A DNA stretch of 64,000 nt from Nitrosopumilus sp. (lineage in GTDB: Archaea; Thermoproteota; Nitrososphaeria; Nitrososphaerales; Nitrosopumilaceae), in the NCBI GenBank assembly GCA_965207075.1, contig CBDBLO010000002.1:1280001-1344000 (forward strand). Direction: 5' to 3'. Both the position numbers and the translations under genes were made by a program. Below, in pieces: positions 38,832 through 48,796 of this stretch (position 1 is the stretch's first letter; each line of letters begins with the position of its first letter). The notes beneath the pieces were generated by a model. The model did no database searches. It was given only the letters and a program-made list of their open reading frames with translations, and was not told where the DNA came from.

Positions 38832-40394
38832 CTAGCCGCCTTGGAAGTTTTCAGACAGAGCTTCGGCCGCGCAGTTGCCGCCGGCGAGGATCTTGCCCGG
38901 GTTCATCACGTTTGAGGGATCAAGCAGGCTCTTGAGCTCTGCAAACAGCCTTACGTTCTCCTGACCGTACTGCATTTCAACAAACTCCGAGCGGGCCAGC
39001 CCGTCCCCGTGCTCTGCAGTCGTGCTGCCCCCCAGTGCAATTATCCTCTCAAAGTATTCTGCCGCTATCCTCCCCAGGCGCCCCGCTTCTCCCTTTTTTA
39101 GTACGAGGCGCGCATGTATGTTTCCGCTGCCTGCGTGCCCGTACGTAACTATCCTGGCGCCGTACCTCCGCCGTATGTGGCTCAGCGACGCGAAGAGCTC
39201 TGGCAGGGAGCCGAGCGGAACGACCGCGTCCTCTATCACGTGGGGCACCACCTCTTCGGTGCCGTCGTCTATTGATATGAGGCTATAGTGCAGGGCCGAG
39301 TCCCTGTACCCCCACCACCTTGCTATCTCAATCTCATCGGTTATGACAGTCTGCCTTGCGGCCTTGCGCGCCAGCGAGGCTACGCCCTTCTCACCATTGT
39401 CCTCTGCCCCTCGCGCGTCGCTGCCGGAGCCCCCCTCGCGCGTCATGCCTGTCGGTGCGAGATCCCCGCCTTCGTACTCGACGAACAGGAGGCACTGCGC
39501 ACTGCTGCCAAAGCCGCCGCCTATGTTGTCCAGTATCGTCCTGTCGACAAACTCTGCTGCCGACGGCCTCGTGGCGCCTACAAGCTCCATGCAATCGGCC
39601 GCCGCGTCCTGCTCCGTCCCGTACTCCAGGATGTGCAGCGTCCTTGATTCGGGACGCCTTACTGCGTCGATTGTGGCCGATATGATGACGCCAAGCGTGC
39701 CCTCGGAGCCGACTATGGCCCTGTGGGCGTCCGCGGCCGACGATACGGCGTCAAGCCTGTATCCAGACGAGTTCTTTGGAACGTCGGGGTACCTGGACCG
39801 GTTTATTCGCCTTGCAATGTCCCATATTCCGGCCGCCGCGTCGGCGTCCTCCGGCAGCCTTGTGAGTCCGCCCGTCCCGTCTACGATTGTGACTCCAGAC
39901 ACGTTGTCTATGGTGGCTCCGTACTTTAGGCTCCTGCTGCCGGCCGCGTTGTTTGCAACCATGCCGCCTACCGTGCAAAATGGGCCCACCGACGGGTTTG
40001 GCCCGAACATCATGCCTGCGCCTTGCAAAACGTCATCAAGCCTTCCCCTGGTGGCGCCGGCCCCGGCCTCGACCGAGCCGCCTGCCGAGCCGAGCCGCAC
40101 GATCCTGATCCCGCTTATGCTTCTCATGTCAAGTATTATCCCGCAGTTGAGCGCGCCTCCGACGAGCCCCGTCCCCCCGCCCCTTGCCGTTATGGGAGCT
40201 CCCATCTCAGCTGCAACCCTTACGGCGGCCGACACATCCTCCACGTCCCGCGGTATTACGACAACGTCGGGCCTGACTGCATACGAGCTCGAGTCGACTG
40301 AATAGTATCTTATGTGGTGCGGGGATGAGCCCACATCGCCCGATATGACCGACTCTAGTTTTGAGACGAGGCGTGCCGCGTCATACGTGGTCAT
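38832..40394 (-). CDS. FAD-linked oxidoreductase (GlcD/D-lactate dehydrogenase-like)
   Basis: RGGGTGLVG, GSEGTLG, GHAGSGNIH, AEHGDG, DPSNVMNPGK. Confidence 0.9.
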   Translation of the reverse strand: MTTYDAARLVSKLESVISGDVGSSPHHIRYYSVDSSSYAVRPDVVVIPRDVEDVSAAVRVAAEMGAPITARGGGTGLVGGALNCGIILDMRSISGIRIVRLGSAGGSVEAGAGATRGRLDDVLQGAGMMFGPNPSVGPFCTVGGMVANNAAGSRSLKYGATIDNVSGVTIVDGTGGLTRLPEDADAAAGIWDIARRINRSRYPDVPKNSSGYRLDAVSSAADAHRAIVGSEGTLGVIISATIDAVRRPESRTLHILEYGTEQDAAADCMELVGATRPSAAEFVDRTILDNIGGGFGSSAQCLLFVEYEGGDLAPTGMTREGGSGSDARGAEDNGEKGVASLARKAARQTVITDEIEIARWWGYRDSALHYSLISIDDGTEEVVPHVIEDAVVPLGSLPELFASLSHIRRRYGARIVTYGHAGSGNIHARLVLKKGEAGRLGRIAAEYFERIIALGGSTTAEHGDGLARSEFVEMQYGQENVRLFAELKSLLDPSNVMNPGKILAGGNCAAEALSENFQGG

Positions 40395-40585
40395 TGCAAC
40401 CGCGCCCCGCGTTTCGTGACGCCGGCGCGCTTTCCCGTCCCCGCCGCCCGTGCGGCTGCCGCTTCCCTCGTGCAGTACTCCATACCTCCCACCGTCATCA
40501 CCCCCACTTGATCGTATCGGCCGCCCCGCGTCCTGCCCGCCCGTGCGTTCCTGCCCACACCCCGCTCAGCTGCCGCCTGCACCCG

Positions 40586-41905
40586 TCACAGACCTATGCG
40601 GTAATAGTCCCATCTCTCGGGATCAAACCGGGCCACGAACTCGGCCTCCTCCTTGCTCACCCTGGCGCTGACCACGTCCCGCAGCGCAAAGCTTGTGAGG
40701 TATGTGTATTTCTTGGCGCTCGCCTGCATGATGAACATGTTGCGCATGCCGCTTCCGCCTCCCAGCCCCCAGTACCCTATGCTGAGTCCCATTGGCTCCA
40801 GGAATATGGTGTTGGACATGCCGTGGTTCTCGTCGCGTATCTCCTCTCTGAGCTTGTATCTCTCAAGCGGCCCGCCCTTTGCATACCCGACAATCTTGCC
40901 GTTCCGGCCGTTTACGCGCAGCGTGGTCAGTACGGTGCCCGGATCCATCACAGACTCGCCAAACGCAGCGTGCTTGAACTGGAGCGGGGAGGGCAGCTGC
41001 TCAAATATGTTGTACAGCGTGCTGATAAACTCTGGATCGGTCCTGGTGTTTATTGACTCGATTGTCGGTATCAGCTTTAGGTTCTCGTACGCGTGTTCGG
41101 CCTGTATTGTAATCTCTTCCTGCCTGGTCTGGAAGAACGACAGCACTGTGCTGTAAAAGTTCTTTCTCATCTGGTTTGGAAGTATCTGCATTATGGCCCC
41201 TATCATGTCGTCCTCGTTATTCAGCAGGTCCTCAAAGTACGTGACCGCCCTGCGCACTATCAGCGAGGGGCTCCATCCAAGGGCGTGGGCGTTCATCTTT
41301 GCCATCTCCATGGCCTTTGCAAAGTCGCCCAGGGCGTATCCGCTCATGCGGTCAACGACGGACAGGTACCTGCCCATCTCCATCACGTGACTCCTGAATT
41401 CCTGGTCGTCCCTGGCCATGTCGGAGCGCTCAAAGCACTGGAGCGCCCTCTCTTCTGCACTTTTCCTCATCTCGCCGTCCCAAGGATACGTGGTGCGCAG
41501 TATCAGCACCTTTACAATCTCAAAGTCTATTCCGGCCGCCCTGATCTGTTTCTGCAGGTTCTCGTCTCTGGATATGAAGTTCAGAACGCTCTCCTCGTGC
41601 GGCTTGTCCACGTTCTTTAGCGGATCCAGGTCGTGAAAGAGCGCCGCGACATACAGGTGCTCTATGTCGCTCTGCGTAATGTCGATCCTGTCCTGATCCA
41701 TGGCAAGCAGGGTCATGTACGTGACCTCCAGCTCGTGCCTGATGTTGTGGTATCCGTAGTATTTGGTGCCAAGCCCCTTGGTCTCAAAGAGGTTTATCGT
41801 ATAGTCTAGCATCTCCCTGTAGCATTCCTTATCGATGCCGCGCCGCCTCATAAGGTCCAGTATTGTCTCCTTTGTTGCGTGCGTGTATGCTGCAGTCACC
41901 TGCAT
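40586..41905 (-). CDS. HD-domain protein with GNAT-like C-terminus
   Basis: YHNIRHELEV...AALFHD; start reassigned to MQVTAA. Confidence 0.75.
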   Translation of the reverse strand: MQVTAAYTHATKETILDLMRRRGIDKECYREMLDYTINLFETKGLGTKYYGYHNIRHELEVTYMTLLAMDQDRIDITQSDIEHLYVAALFHDLDPLKNVDKPHEESVLNFISRDENLQKQIRAAGIDFEIVKVLILRTTYPWDGEMRKSAEERALQCFERSDMARDDQEFRSHVMEMGRYLSVVDRMSGYALGDFAKAMEMAKMNAHALGWSPSLIVRRAVTYFEDLLNNEDDMIGAIMQILPNQMRKNFYSTVLSFFQTRQEEITIQAEHAYENLKLIPTIESINTRTDPEFISTLYNIFEQLPSPLQFKHAAFGESVMDPGTVLTTLRVNGRNGKIVGYAKGGPLERYKLREEIRDENHGMSNTIFLEPMGLSIGYWGLGGGSGMRNMFIMQASAKKYTYLTSFALRDVVSARVSKEEAEFVARFDPERWDYYRIGL

Positions 41906-42235
41906 ATCATATTGGTTTCGTGGCGTGCTTTTAAAGATCACCGCGCACGGCCGGGGGCGACGGCCGTGCGCGAATGCCCGTATGGCTGCTCCGCTTGGCG
42001 GCTGTGCGACAGGCGTGGCTCTGGGCTGCACACGGCCGGGCGACTGCGGGGTCTGGGCGCGAAGGGCGGTTTTTTTACCGGAGACTGGGCGCGGCTGGCC
42101 GATTAACCGAGCTTGACACACAAGCCTCTCTTTGACATCATAGTAGATCACGGGGCGCCGCATGAACAAGGTTGGGAATCATATAGTCAAGTAAACAACC
42201 ACAATCAATATACCGTACTCTGCCGTATGTAACGC

Positions 42236-43654
42236 GTGTTCACCTACAGAAAGTACCGCGTGCCCGTGAGGCTGACCACGGAGGAAGAGTCAGAGATATT
42301 GAGACTCCGCGACGCGCAGCGCCAGGCATACAACTGGGCCGTGAAACGCCTCAAGTCAGGGTGGAGTACTGGCAGCGAGTATGACATGCAAAAGCTGCAT
42401 ACGGTAGAGAGGCGCACATTCCCGTGGATGGGGGAGGCGCCCGCGGCCGTACAGAGGGCCGGCATCCGCGACGCGTTTACGGCGGCCAAAATGTCCGTCA
42501 GGCGCGGGCGTGGTATAGGAGACGGCCTGAAATACAGGTCGAGGAAGCGCGGGGGGCGCGGGCCGCTCAGGTGCGGGCTACCTCCCGTAGTGGTGGGCGG
42601 ACGTAAGATCAAGCTGCCGCGCTTCGGCACGGTTGAATGCCGAGGCCCCGTGCTAGACAAGCTGCTGGAGCACGAGCCCCGGTCGTACGAGTTTGTTGAC
42701 ATGTCACAGTCCAAAGACGGCAGGAATCCCCGGTACGTACTGTACGTGTCCTGCAGGGTGCGCGTGCCGGAGTCGTGGAACTCGCCGGCATCTGCGGCAG
42801 CCGCGGCCGCTGTCGCGCCGCCAAGGCGCGCCACCAAGGGCATCGACCGTGGAGTGGTGGAACCGACCGTGGTGGCAGCGCTGGATCCGCACGGAGAGGC
42901 CGTGGATAAGACGTCGTACGACACGGCCTCCCCGTTCAGGGAGAACCGCAGCTGGTACCAACGGCGGCAGCGCAGGATGTCCAATATGAACCCGCGTTCG
43001 GGCAGGTTCCAAAGACTGCGGCGCAGGATGCGCAAAAGAATGCAGAAGGTGGCGAACCGCCGGACGTACGCGGAGTGCGTCGCGGCCAAGCACGTGTGCG
43101 ACGACCACGCCCCGCACACCATAGTGTTTGAGGGCCTCAGGCTCGGGGAGATGACACGGAGGGGAAGGGGACAGTACAAGAAGGGCTTGAACCGCGAGAT
43201 GAGGTTCGTGCGCCATTCTGTGATAGAACAGAGAGTGCGCAACCGCGCGGAACTGACGGGTATCCGCGTCATCACGGTGGATCCCGGATATACGTCTCAG
43301 GAGTGCGCGCGGTGCAGGCACGTTGCAAAGAAGTCCCGTGTAACGAGGGACATGTTCAAGTGCGTCAGATGTCATTACATTCAACAGGCGGACATCAATG
43401 CCGCCATGGTAATCGGGAGACTCGGCCTGCCAACCGTTCCCGATACAGTGCATGAGGCAGGCCCTCCGGAGGTCGGAATGCCCTTCGTGAGACGCGAACT
43501 GGATGCGCGCCTCAACTGCTTCACCGAGGCGGTCGGGGGCGTCAACGGACGGCGCGACAACCAAGCGCCGGCGCATCACCTTGCCAAAGGCATGGAGAAA
43601 GAACGTCGCAAAGTATCAAAGGATGGAGGGCCGCGCAGGCGGCAACTCACCTAA
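42236..43654 (+). CDS. tnpB: TnpB RNA-guided endonuclease
   Basis: N-terminal HTH (QRQAYNWA), RuvC-I GIDRG, RuvC-II VFEGL, Zn finger CARC/CVRC after YTSQ, RuvC-III ADINAA. Confidence 0.93.
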   Translation: MFTYRKYRVPVRLTTEEESEILRLRDAQRQAYNWAVKRLKSGWSTGSEYDMQKLHTVERRTFPWMGEAPAAVQRAGIRDAFTAAKMSVRRGRGIGDGLKYRSRKRGGRGPLRCGLPPVVVGGRKIKLPRFGTVECRGPVLDKLLEHEPRSYEFVDMSQSKDGRNPRYVLYVSCRVRVPESWNSPASAAAAAAVAPPRRATKGIDRGVVEPTVVAALDPHGEAVDKTSYDTASPFRENRSWYQRRQRRMSNMNPRSGRFQRLRRRMRKRMQKVANRRTYAECVAAKHVCDDHAPHTIVFEGLRLGEMTRRGRGQYKKGLNREMRFVRHSVIEQRVRNRAELTGIRVITVDPGYTSQECARCRHVAKKSRVTRDMFKCVRCHYIQQADINAAMVIGRLGLPTVPDTVHEAGPPEVGMPFVRRELDARLNCFTEAVGGVNGRRDNQAPAHHLAKGMEKERRKVSKDGGPRRRQLT

Positions 43655-43667
43655 GTATATAATTCCC
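43440..43667 (+). ncRNA. Putative omegaRNA scaffold overlapping the tnpB 3' end
   Basis: Nested helices 43502-43508/43571-43577, 43508-43513/43526-43531, 43551-43555/43565-43569 under a low-conservation C-terminal tail; 5' boundary is a guess. Confidence 0.5.
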
Positions 43668-43703
43668 ACAAGGTTCAATACTCCTGGTCTTGAACGGATC
43701 CGC

Positions 43704-44240
43704 ATGGGCGGGGAGGATAACCACACGCGCGGCGCCAAGCAGAATAGCATCCTGCAACTGCGCACCGAGTTGTCAAACCTTGCCTCCCTGGGCTCTTTTG
43801 AGTTTGTCGCACGCTTTGGCGGCGATGCCGACGACGGGCCCGCCACGTACGTCCTGCGCGACGTGACTGTAAGCGGGCCGCCTCCCGAACGGGACGTCCC
43901 GGCGCGCGGTTCTGGGGGGGACAACCGGACCTATTTCACGAAGAGCCCGATATGCCGCATAAACTGTTCTGCGCGCGATGTATCCATACTTGATGAGATC
44001 ACGCCCAGGATGCTGGGGCCCGGAACGGACTTTGCGGCAGTGCGGGTGGACATCCGTGCTGAGTCCGGAGGCGTGACGGCCAGCCTTGTAGCAAACGTTA
44101 CGGGCAGTGTGGAGGAGCCGTCGGAGTCGCGCGTGCAGCTCGTACTTGTGGTGGTGGATGTGGTAGATCCTCGGCTCGGCTCCAGCATGGGGCGCGACGA
44201 GCTGCAGAATATTTCCAAAACAGGGCCGAAAAACCCCTGA
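43704..44240 (+). CDS. Hypothetical protein
   Basis: ATG 43704 in the 245-aa ORF; beta-rich composition. Confidence 0.6.
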   Translation: MGGEDNHTRGAKQNSILQLRTELSNLASLGSFEFVARFGGDADDGPATYVLRDVTVSGPPPERDVPARGSGGDNRTYFTKSPICRINCSARDVSILDEITPRMLGPGTDFAAVRVDIRAESGGVTASLVANVTGSVEEPSESRVQLVLVVVDVVDPRLGSSMGRDELQNISKTGPKNP

Positions 44241-44412
44241 CAAGTTATCCCCTGCGCGCGGCGCTTGCCGGCCGCGTACTCAGTAGGAGTCTCTTTTCGT
44301 CCAAGCGCCGCACTCTTCGGACGCGGGCTTGCTTTTTTCCTTGGCAATGGCAGTACGCTTGCGCAGGCCGGGCACGGCGTGAAGATGCGCCCCTCTCCGC
44401 CGGGCGGCTCGT

Positions 44413-45129
44413 TTATCCGCCCGTGTGCGCGTCGTACTCTTTTCTCAGATCGTCGTCGGACAGCACCTCGTACGCCTTGTTGATCTCTGCCATTGTAATG
44501 TCGGGATCCGGCGCGTCACTGCCACCGCCCTTTCTGCCGCCCGCCTGTCCGGCCCTGTCCGGGTGTGCCTCCTTTGCAAGCCTCCTGAACGCCTCCTTTA
44601 TCTCGGGCTTGGCCGCGTCGCGGCTAACGCCCAGAATCCCATAATAGTCGGGAAGTCGGCCGCCGCTTGCGTCCTCGAAGAACTCCCTTGCGGCATCCTG
44701 CCGGCCCTTCTTCCTTGTTCCCACCTCCTCGTAGTCGTCTGTCCAGGACGAGTGGTACTTTTCATACGTACGCTCTCTCTTTGAGGCGTACTCCTCTGAG
44801 TTGTCGTAGTCGTTTCTCCTTCGCAGGATTGTGTCCCTTGCAAGAAACAGAAAGATCCCGATCACCGCGGCGGCAAACCCTGCAAGCACCGCAACGGTCT
44901 CCTCGTCTGACACTTCCAGCTCCATGTTGAGCCCCGGCTCCTGCGCGTATGCGTGCTGCTGCAGCGGGGGCGGCGCCAGTACAATGGCGTGGACAAGCGA
45001 CGCTTCCATCTCCCCCGCCGGTGCCGGCAGTGCCTCCGCTGCAGTCGCTGCTGCGGACGCCGCCACGGCCAACGCCAGGACCCCCGCCGCAAGCCCGGCG
45101 CGCGCGAAAATCCAGTATGACACGGGCAA
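44413..45129 (-). CDS. Membrane-anchored J-domain (DnaJ-like) protein
   Basis: DYYGILGV...[12 protein letters not shown]...[10 protein letters not shown]...YD. Confidence 0.9.
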   Translation of the reverse strand: MPVSYWIFARAGLAAGVLALAVAASAAATAAEALPAPAGEMEASLVHAIVLAPPPLQQHAYAQEPGLNMELEVSDEETVAVLAGFAAAVIGIFLFLARDTILRRRNDYDNSEEYASKRERTYEKYHSSWTDDYEEVGTRKKGRQDAAREFFEDASGGRLPDYYGILGVSRDAAKPEIKEAFRRLAKEAHPDRAGQAGGRKGGGSDAPDPDITMAEINKAYEVLSDDDLRKEYDAHTGG

Positions 45130-45156
45130 AATACACTCCGTGATTATTTATGCCAT

Positions 45157-45642
45157 TCACATCAGCCTAAAGTCTTCTTTTACCGTGTTCAGTACCACGT
45201 GGGTTATCGTATTCTTCACGTGCGTTATGTCCCCCAGTCCCTTGACAAACGTGCTCAGTTCCTGCCTCGACCTGAATTTTGCAATTATGAGCATGTCCGT
45301 TGCGCCCGTCATGTCGTATACGGCGCAGACGTTTTCATACTTGGATATCGACCCCTCGATGTGACTGATCTTGTTCTTTTCTGCAACAACCTCTATGATT
45401 GCAGTCAGCCCGTATCCGACCTTTTCGTGGTTGATGCTGGCGTGGTATCCTTGTATGACTCCAGTCTTCTCAAGCCGCTTTATCCTGCTCAGTACCGTTA
45501 CGGTCGACAGCCCTACCGCGAGGGACAGCTGGCGTGCGGAGCGCCTGGCGTCGCTCATGAGGTTCTTCATTATAAGCTCGTCCTTGCGGTCGTATCTTTC
45601 GTGCTGCCGCGCCTCTTCTGGGGGTTCTATGGGTTTGGTCAC
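45157..45642 (-). CDS. Lrp/AsnC family transcriptional regulator
   Basis: DARRSARQL...RIKRLEKTGVIQGY; YDMTGATDM. Confidence 0.92.
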   Translation of the reverse strand: MTKPIEPPEEARQHERYDRKDELIMKNLMSDARRSARQLSLAVGLSTVTVLSRIKRLEKTGVIQGYHASINHEKVGYGLTAIIEVVAEKNKISHIEGSISKYENVCAVYDMTGATDMLIIAKFRSRQELSTFVKGLGDITHVKNTITHVVLNTVKEDFRLM

Positions 45643-45900
45643 AAACAGAATGGGCGGGAATTACTTATAATCTTATTTGGGGGGCTTCTCGGCGCGCGAG
45701 CGCCTGCGCGGGGGACACCGCGCTCCTTCCGGAGGAGCCACCTGACAGGAACCGGTGGCGTCGCGGCCTTGGCGCCGCACCTCCTGCATCTTCGGGCGCG
45801 CCCATGGCCGGGGCAGCCGCATCGGGGGCCGCCATGTCGTGCGCATGTGCGTCCCACCGTATCGTTAAACGGTTTTTAATGCGCGCGCTGCCCCATACAC

Positions 45901-46134
45901 ATGGCTGGGACTGCGAAGGACGGCCTCGCTGCGAGGGGCGATTCGCTCATGCAGGCGGGCAGGTTTGAGGAGGCGTTGGCCCTGTTTGAGGAGGCCCTAA
46001 AACTGGACGGCGGGGACCCGGACCTGTGGAACCGCGCCGGCGTGGCCCTCCGGAGCCTCGGCAGGTACACCGAATCGGTGGAATGCTTTGAGCAGTCGCT
46101 CCGGATAGATCCGCGTGACCGCGACTCTTCTTGA
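45901..46134 (+). CDS. Small TPR protein
   Basis: Two TPR motifs. Confidence 0.8.
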   Translation: MAGTAKDGLAARGDSLMQAGRFEEALALFEEALKLDGGDPDLWNRAGVALRSLGRYTESVECFEQSLRIDPRDRDSS

Positions 46135-46216
46135 CTTATAGCGCGCCGGCTTTTTCCCTCTCGTCGCCGGGGCGCGCGATCAAAGCTCGTATATTCAATA
46201 CTCTGCAACGTACGGC

Positions 46217-46711
46217 ATGGATTCGGCCGCGGAGAAACTGATCCGTGACGCCTCGTATCTGATAGAGGATGAGGATCTCTATGGCGCAATGCAGCTGCTT
46301 GACGAGCTGCTAAAGCAGGATCCCCGCAACGTCGGCGCGCTGCTAAACAAGGGGGCAGTCCTTCAGAACCTGGGCCACATGAAGCGTGCGGTCGCATGCT
46401 ATGACAGGGCGCTGCGCGCCGAGCCCGGCAACCCCGATGCCCTGCTAAACAAGGGCTCTGCCCTGCATGCCGAAGGGGACTACAGGGATGCGATTGCGTG
46501 CTACGACCTCCTACTGCGCGGCGGCAAAACGTCCACGCTTGCCCTCCTCTACAAGGGCCTGTCGCTTGCCGAGCTGGGCGAGCTGGAGGATGCAATACGG
46601 CACTTTGATGGGGCTCTGGGCGGAGACCCTGAGCTGGAACTCGCCCGTATCTCACGCGACATGGCCCTGAAGATGCTCGATGAAAAGACAGATCCGCGCG
46701 GCGCACAGTGA
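46217..46711 (+). CDS. TPR protein
   Basis: About four TPR motifs (ALLNKG...). Confidence 0.85.
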   Translation: MDSAAEKLIRDASYLIEDEDLYGAMQLLDELLKQDPRNVGALLNKGAVLQNLGHMKRAVACYDRALRAEPGNPDALLNKGSALHAEGDYRDAIACYDLLLRGGKTSTLALLYKGLSLAELGELEDAIRHFDGALGGDPELELARISRDMALKMLDEKTDPRGAQ

Positions 46712-46812
46712 CGGGTGGTACGGGCCTGCCGCCCCTGCATTGGCCGCGGCGCGCCCTTCTCTCCCTCCCTCCTGCCACGCGCCCTGCATCTGGGGGGAGC
46801 TACTGCGCCCTT

Positions 46813-47001
46813 CTAGAACACCGAAACGTCGCCCGGCGCGGGTCCCCTCTTGCTTGAGGCCTGATCATCCCTCTCGTACTCTTCTTTGTGCGCCCGGAGC
46901 TGGTGCTCCCTGAGGCCGTCTATGTCGTCGAACCCCTCGTGGCACGCGTGGCACTTTGGCTTGGCCTCGTCTACAATTGGAAGCACCATACGTGGAAACA
47001 A
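46813..47001 (-). CDS. Small C2H2 zinc-finger protein
   Basis: CHACHEGF...HQLRAH; start uncertain. Confidence 0.7.
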   Translation of the reverse strand: MFPRMVLPIVDEAKPKCHACHEGFDDIDGLREHQLRAHKEEYERDDQASSKRGPAPGDVSVF

Positions 47002-47238
47002 CCACAGTCTTCAATTATCTCTTTTGCAGGGTGCGGCCGCCGCCCCGCCCCCGTCCCAGACGCGGCCCGTACCGGACTCCTACGTGTCCATGCGCCTGCG
47101 GTTATGTTGCAAGCGCTGGCAACGCCGCGTTTGGGCACTGCAACCGCGGCTAGGGCATCATACCGGCCTCCGACACGCGACTTTGCGCGGGAATCCACGC
47201 CTATCAAGGCATATATTCCACACGGGGCTTGGGCGCGC

Positions 47239-48336
47239 ATGCCTCAGCAGCTCGTGGACTGTCCTGACGCTCTGGGGCGCGCAATGTCCGGCGAGGAGCT
47301 CTCGGCCAAGGACGGCATGGACTTGCTGAACATGGAAAACATACACGCGCTCGGGGCGGCGGCGGACTCTGCAAGGAGGCAGCTTGCCGGGGACGACGTC
47401 TCGTTCGTCGCATCATACTACATGAATTACACCAACGTGTGCGCCGCCAGCTGCCAGATGTGCGCGTTCTACCGCAAGGACGGCGCCGACGACGCGTACA
47501 CGCTTGCCCCCGGGGAGATTGAAAAGCGCGTTGGCATTGCAAAGCAAATGGGCGCAACTGAGGTGCACATAGTGGGCGGGTTTCATCCCAGCCTGCCGCT
47601 TGAGTATTACGAGGACATGATCAGAACCATAAAAGAAAAGCACCCCGAGATGAACGTAAAGGCGCTCACCGCGGCCGAGATCTTTTACCTCTCAAAGCTT
47701 ACAAAGAACTCGACTGGCGAGATACTCTCCCGGCTGAAGGACGCGGGGCTTGACTCGATGCCCGGCGGGGGTGCCGAGCTGTTTCATCCCGACGTGAGGC
47801 GCAAGATAGTACGCGGCAAGTGCACCGGGCAGGAATGGCTCGACGTGATCGAACAGGCGCACGGGATGGGCATCAAGAGCAACGTTACCATGCTGTACGG
47901 CCACATCGAGAGGCCGGAGCACGTGATAGACCACCTGGTAAAGATACGCGACCTTCAGAAGAAGACGGGCGGGTTTCTGACCCTCATACCCCTAAAGTTC
48001 AGCCTGGAGAACACGGAGCTGGAGCAGGACGGACTGGTCCGGCACGAGTGCTCGTCCCTGTACGACATGCGAATAATCGCCATATCCCGGCTGATGCTTG
48101 CGGGGGTCCTTGACAACATATCGGTATACTGGGTCGCATACGGCAAAAAGCTCGCACAGGTCGCCTTGTGCAACGGCGGAAACGACCTGGTTGGCACCGC
48201 GTTCTCCGAGGAGATATACAGGGCGGCCGGCAGGCCCACGTCCTCGTCGCTTGACGAGCTGGCCGAGATGGCGCGGGAGATAGGGCGGAGCCCCGTGCAG
48301 CGAAACACCCACTTCGGGGCGATACGCAGGCTCTGA
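47239..48336 (+). CDS. mqnE: Radical SAM enzyme, MqnE/CofH family (probably aminofutalosine synthase)
   Basis: TNVCAASCQMCAF, VHIVGGFHP, VKALTAAEI, SMPGGGAE; near mqnD. Confidence 0.75.
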   Translation: MPQQLVDCPDALGRAMSGEELSAKDGMDLLNMENIHALGAAADSARRQLAGDDVSFVASYYMNYTNVCAASCQMCAFYRKDGADDAYTLAPGEIEKRVGIAKQMGATEVHIVGGFHPSLPLEYYEDMIRTIKEKHPEMNVKALTAAEIFYLSKLTKNSTGEILSRLKDAGLDSMPGGGAELFHPDVRRKIVRGKCTGQEWLDVIEQAHGMGIKSNVTMLYGHIERPEHVIDHLVKIRDLQKKTGGFLTLIPLKFSLENTELEQDGLVRHECSSLYDMRIIAISRLMLAGVLDNISVYWVAYGKKLAQVALCNGGNDLVGTAFSEEIYRAAGRPTSSSLDELAEMAREIGRSPVQRNTHFGAIRRL

Positions 48337-48412
48337 GATCTCATCTGGGGTGCCTTTGCCGCGACGCTGTCGCCGCCTACGGTCTTTTTTGTGGACACAC
48401 GTTCCGCCGGTT

Positions 48413-48730
48413 CTATTCGGGGGGAGCCGACATGTGCCTTTTGACCGACTCGATCTTCTGGCTCATTGTAGTGTCGCGGTCGCGCCTCGAGTCCACCTTT
48501 ATCACGACGCCGACCCTGCCGACGCCCAGGTTGTGGACGGTCTCTGTCATGCGCACGACTGCCTCGTATATTTTACTCATATCTGTGGACTCTAGCACGG
48601 TGCCCATCGGGTTGAGCTGGTACTTGATGCCCCCCATGCCCTGTATGGACTCTATGGCCCTTGCAATGTAAAAGCTGGCGCTGGTGGTCTTGGTGGCCAT
48701 CGGGTACACGCTGACCTCTGCATGGATCAC
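48413..48730 (-). CDS. MTH1187 family thiamine-binding protein
   Basis: AEVSVYP...YQLNPMGTVLE...KVDSRRD. Confidence 0.85.
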   Translation of the reverse strand: MIHAEVSVYPMATKTTSASFYIARAIESIQGMGGIKYQLNPMGTVLESTDMSKIYEAVVRMTETVHNLGVGRVGVVIKVDSRRDRDTTMSQKIESVKRHMSAPPE

Positions 48731-48796
48731 ACGACTCCTGCGCAGCGGGGTGATTAAAAGATGGTGCGCGCGTGCCGGGACTGCCGCCCCGGCGCC

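Larger units (their letters stand above)
42174..43667 (+). mobile_element. Solo TnpB element bounded by TIRs and an 8-bp TSD (DDE-type ends, no transposase)
   Basis: TSD ACAAGGTT at 42166-42173 and 43668-43675; TIRs GGGAATCATATAGTCAAGT vs GGGAATTATATACTTAGGT (15/19). Confidence 0.85.
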
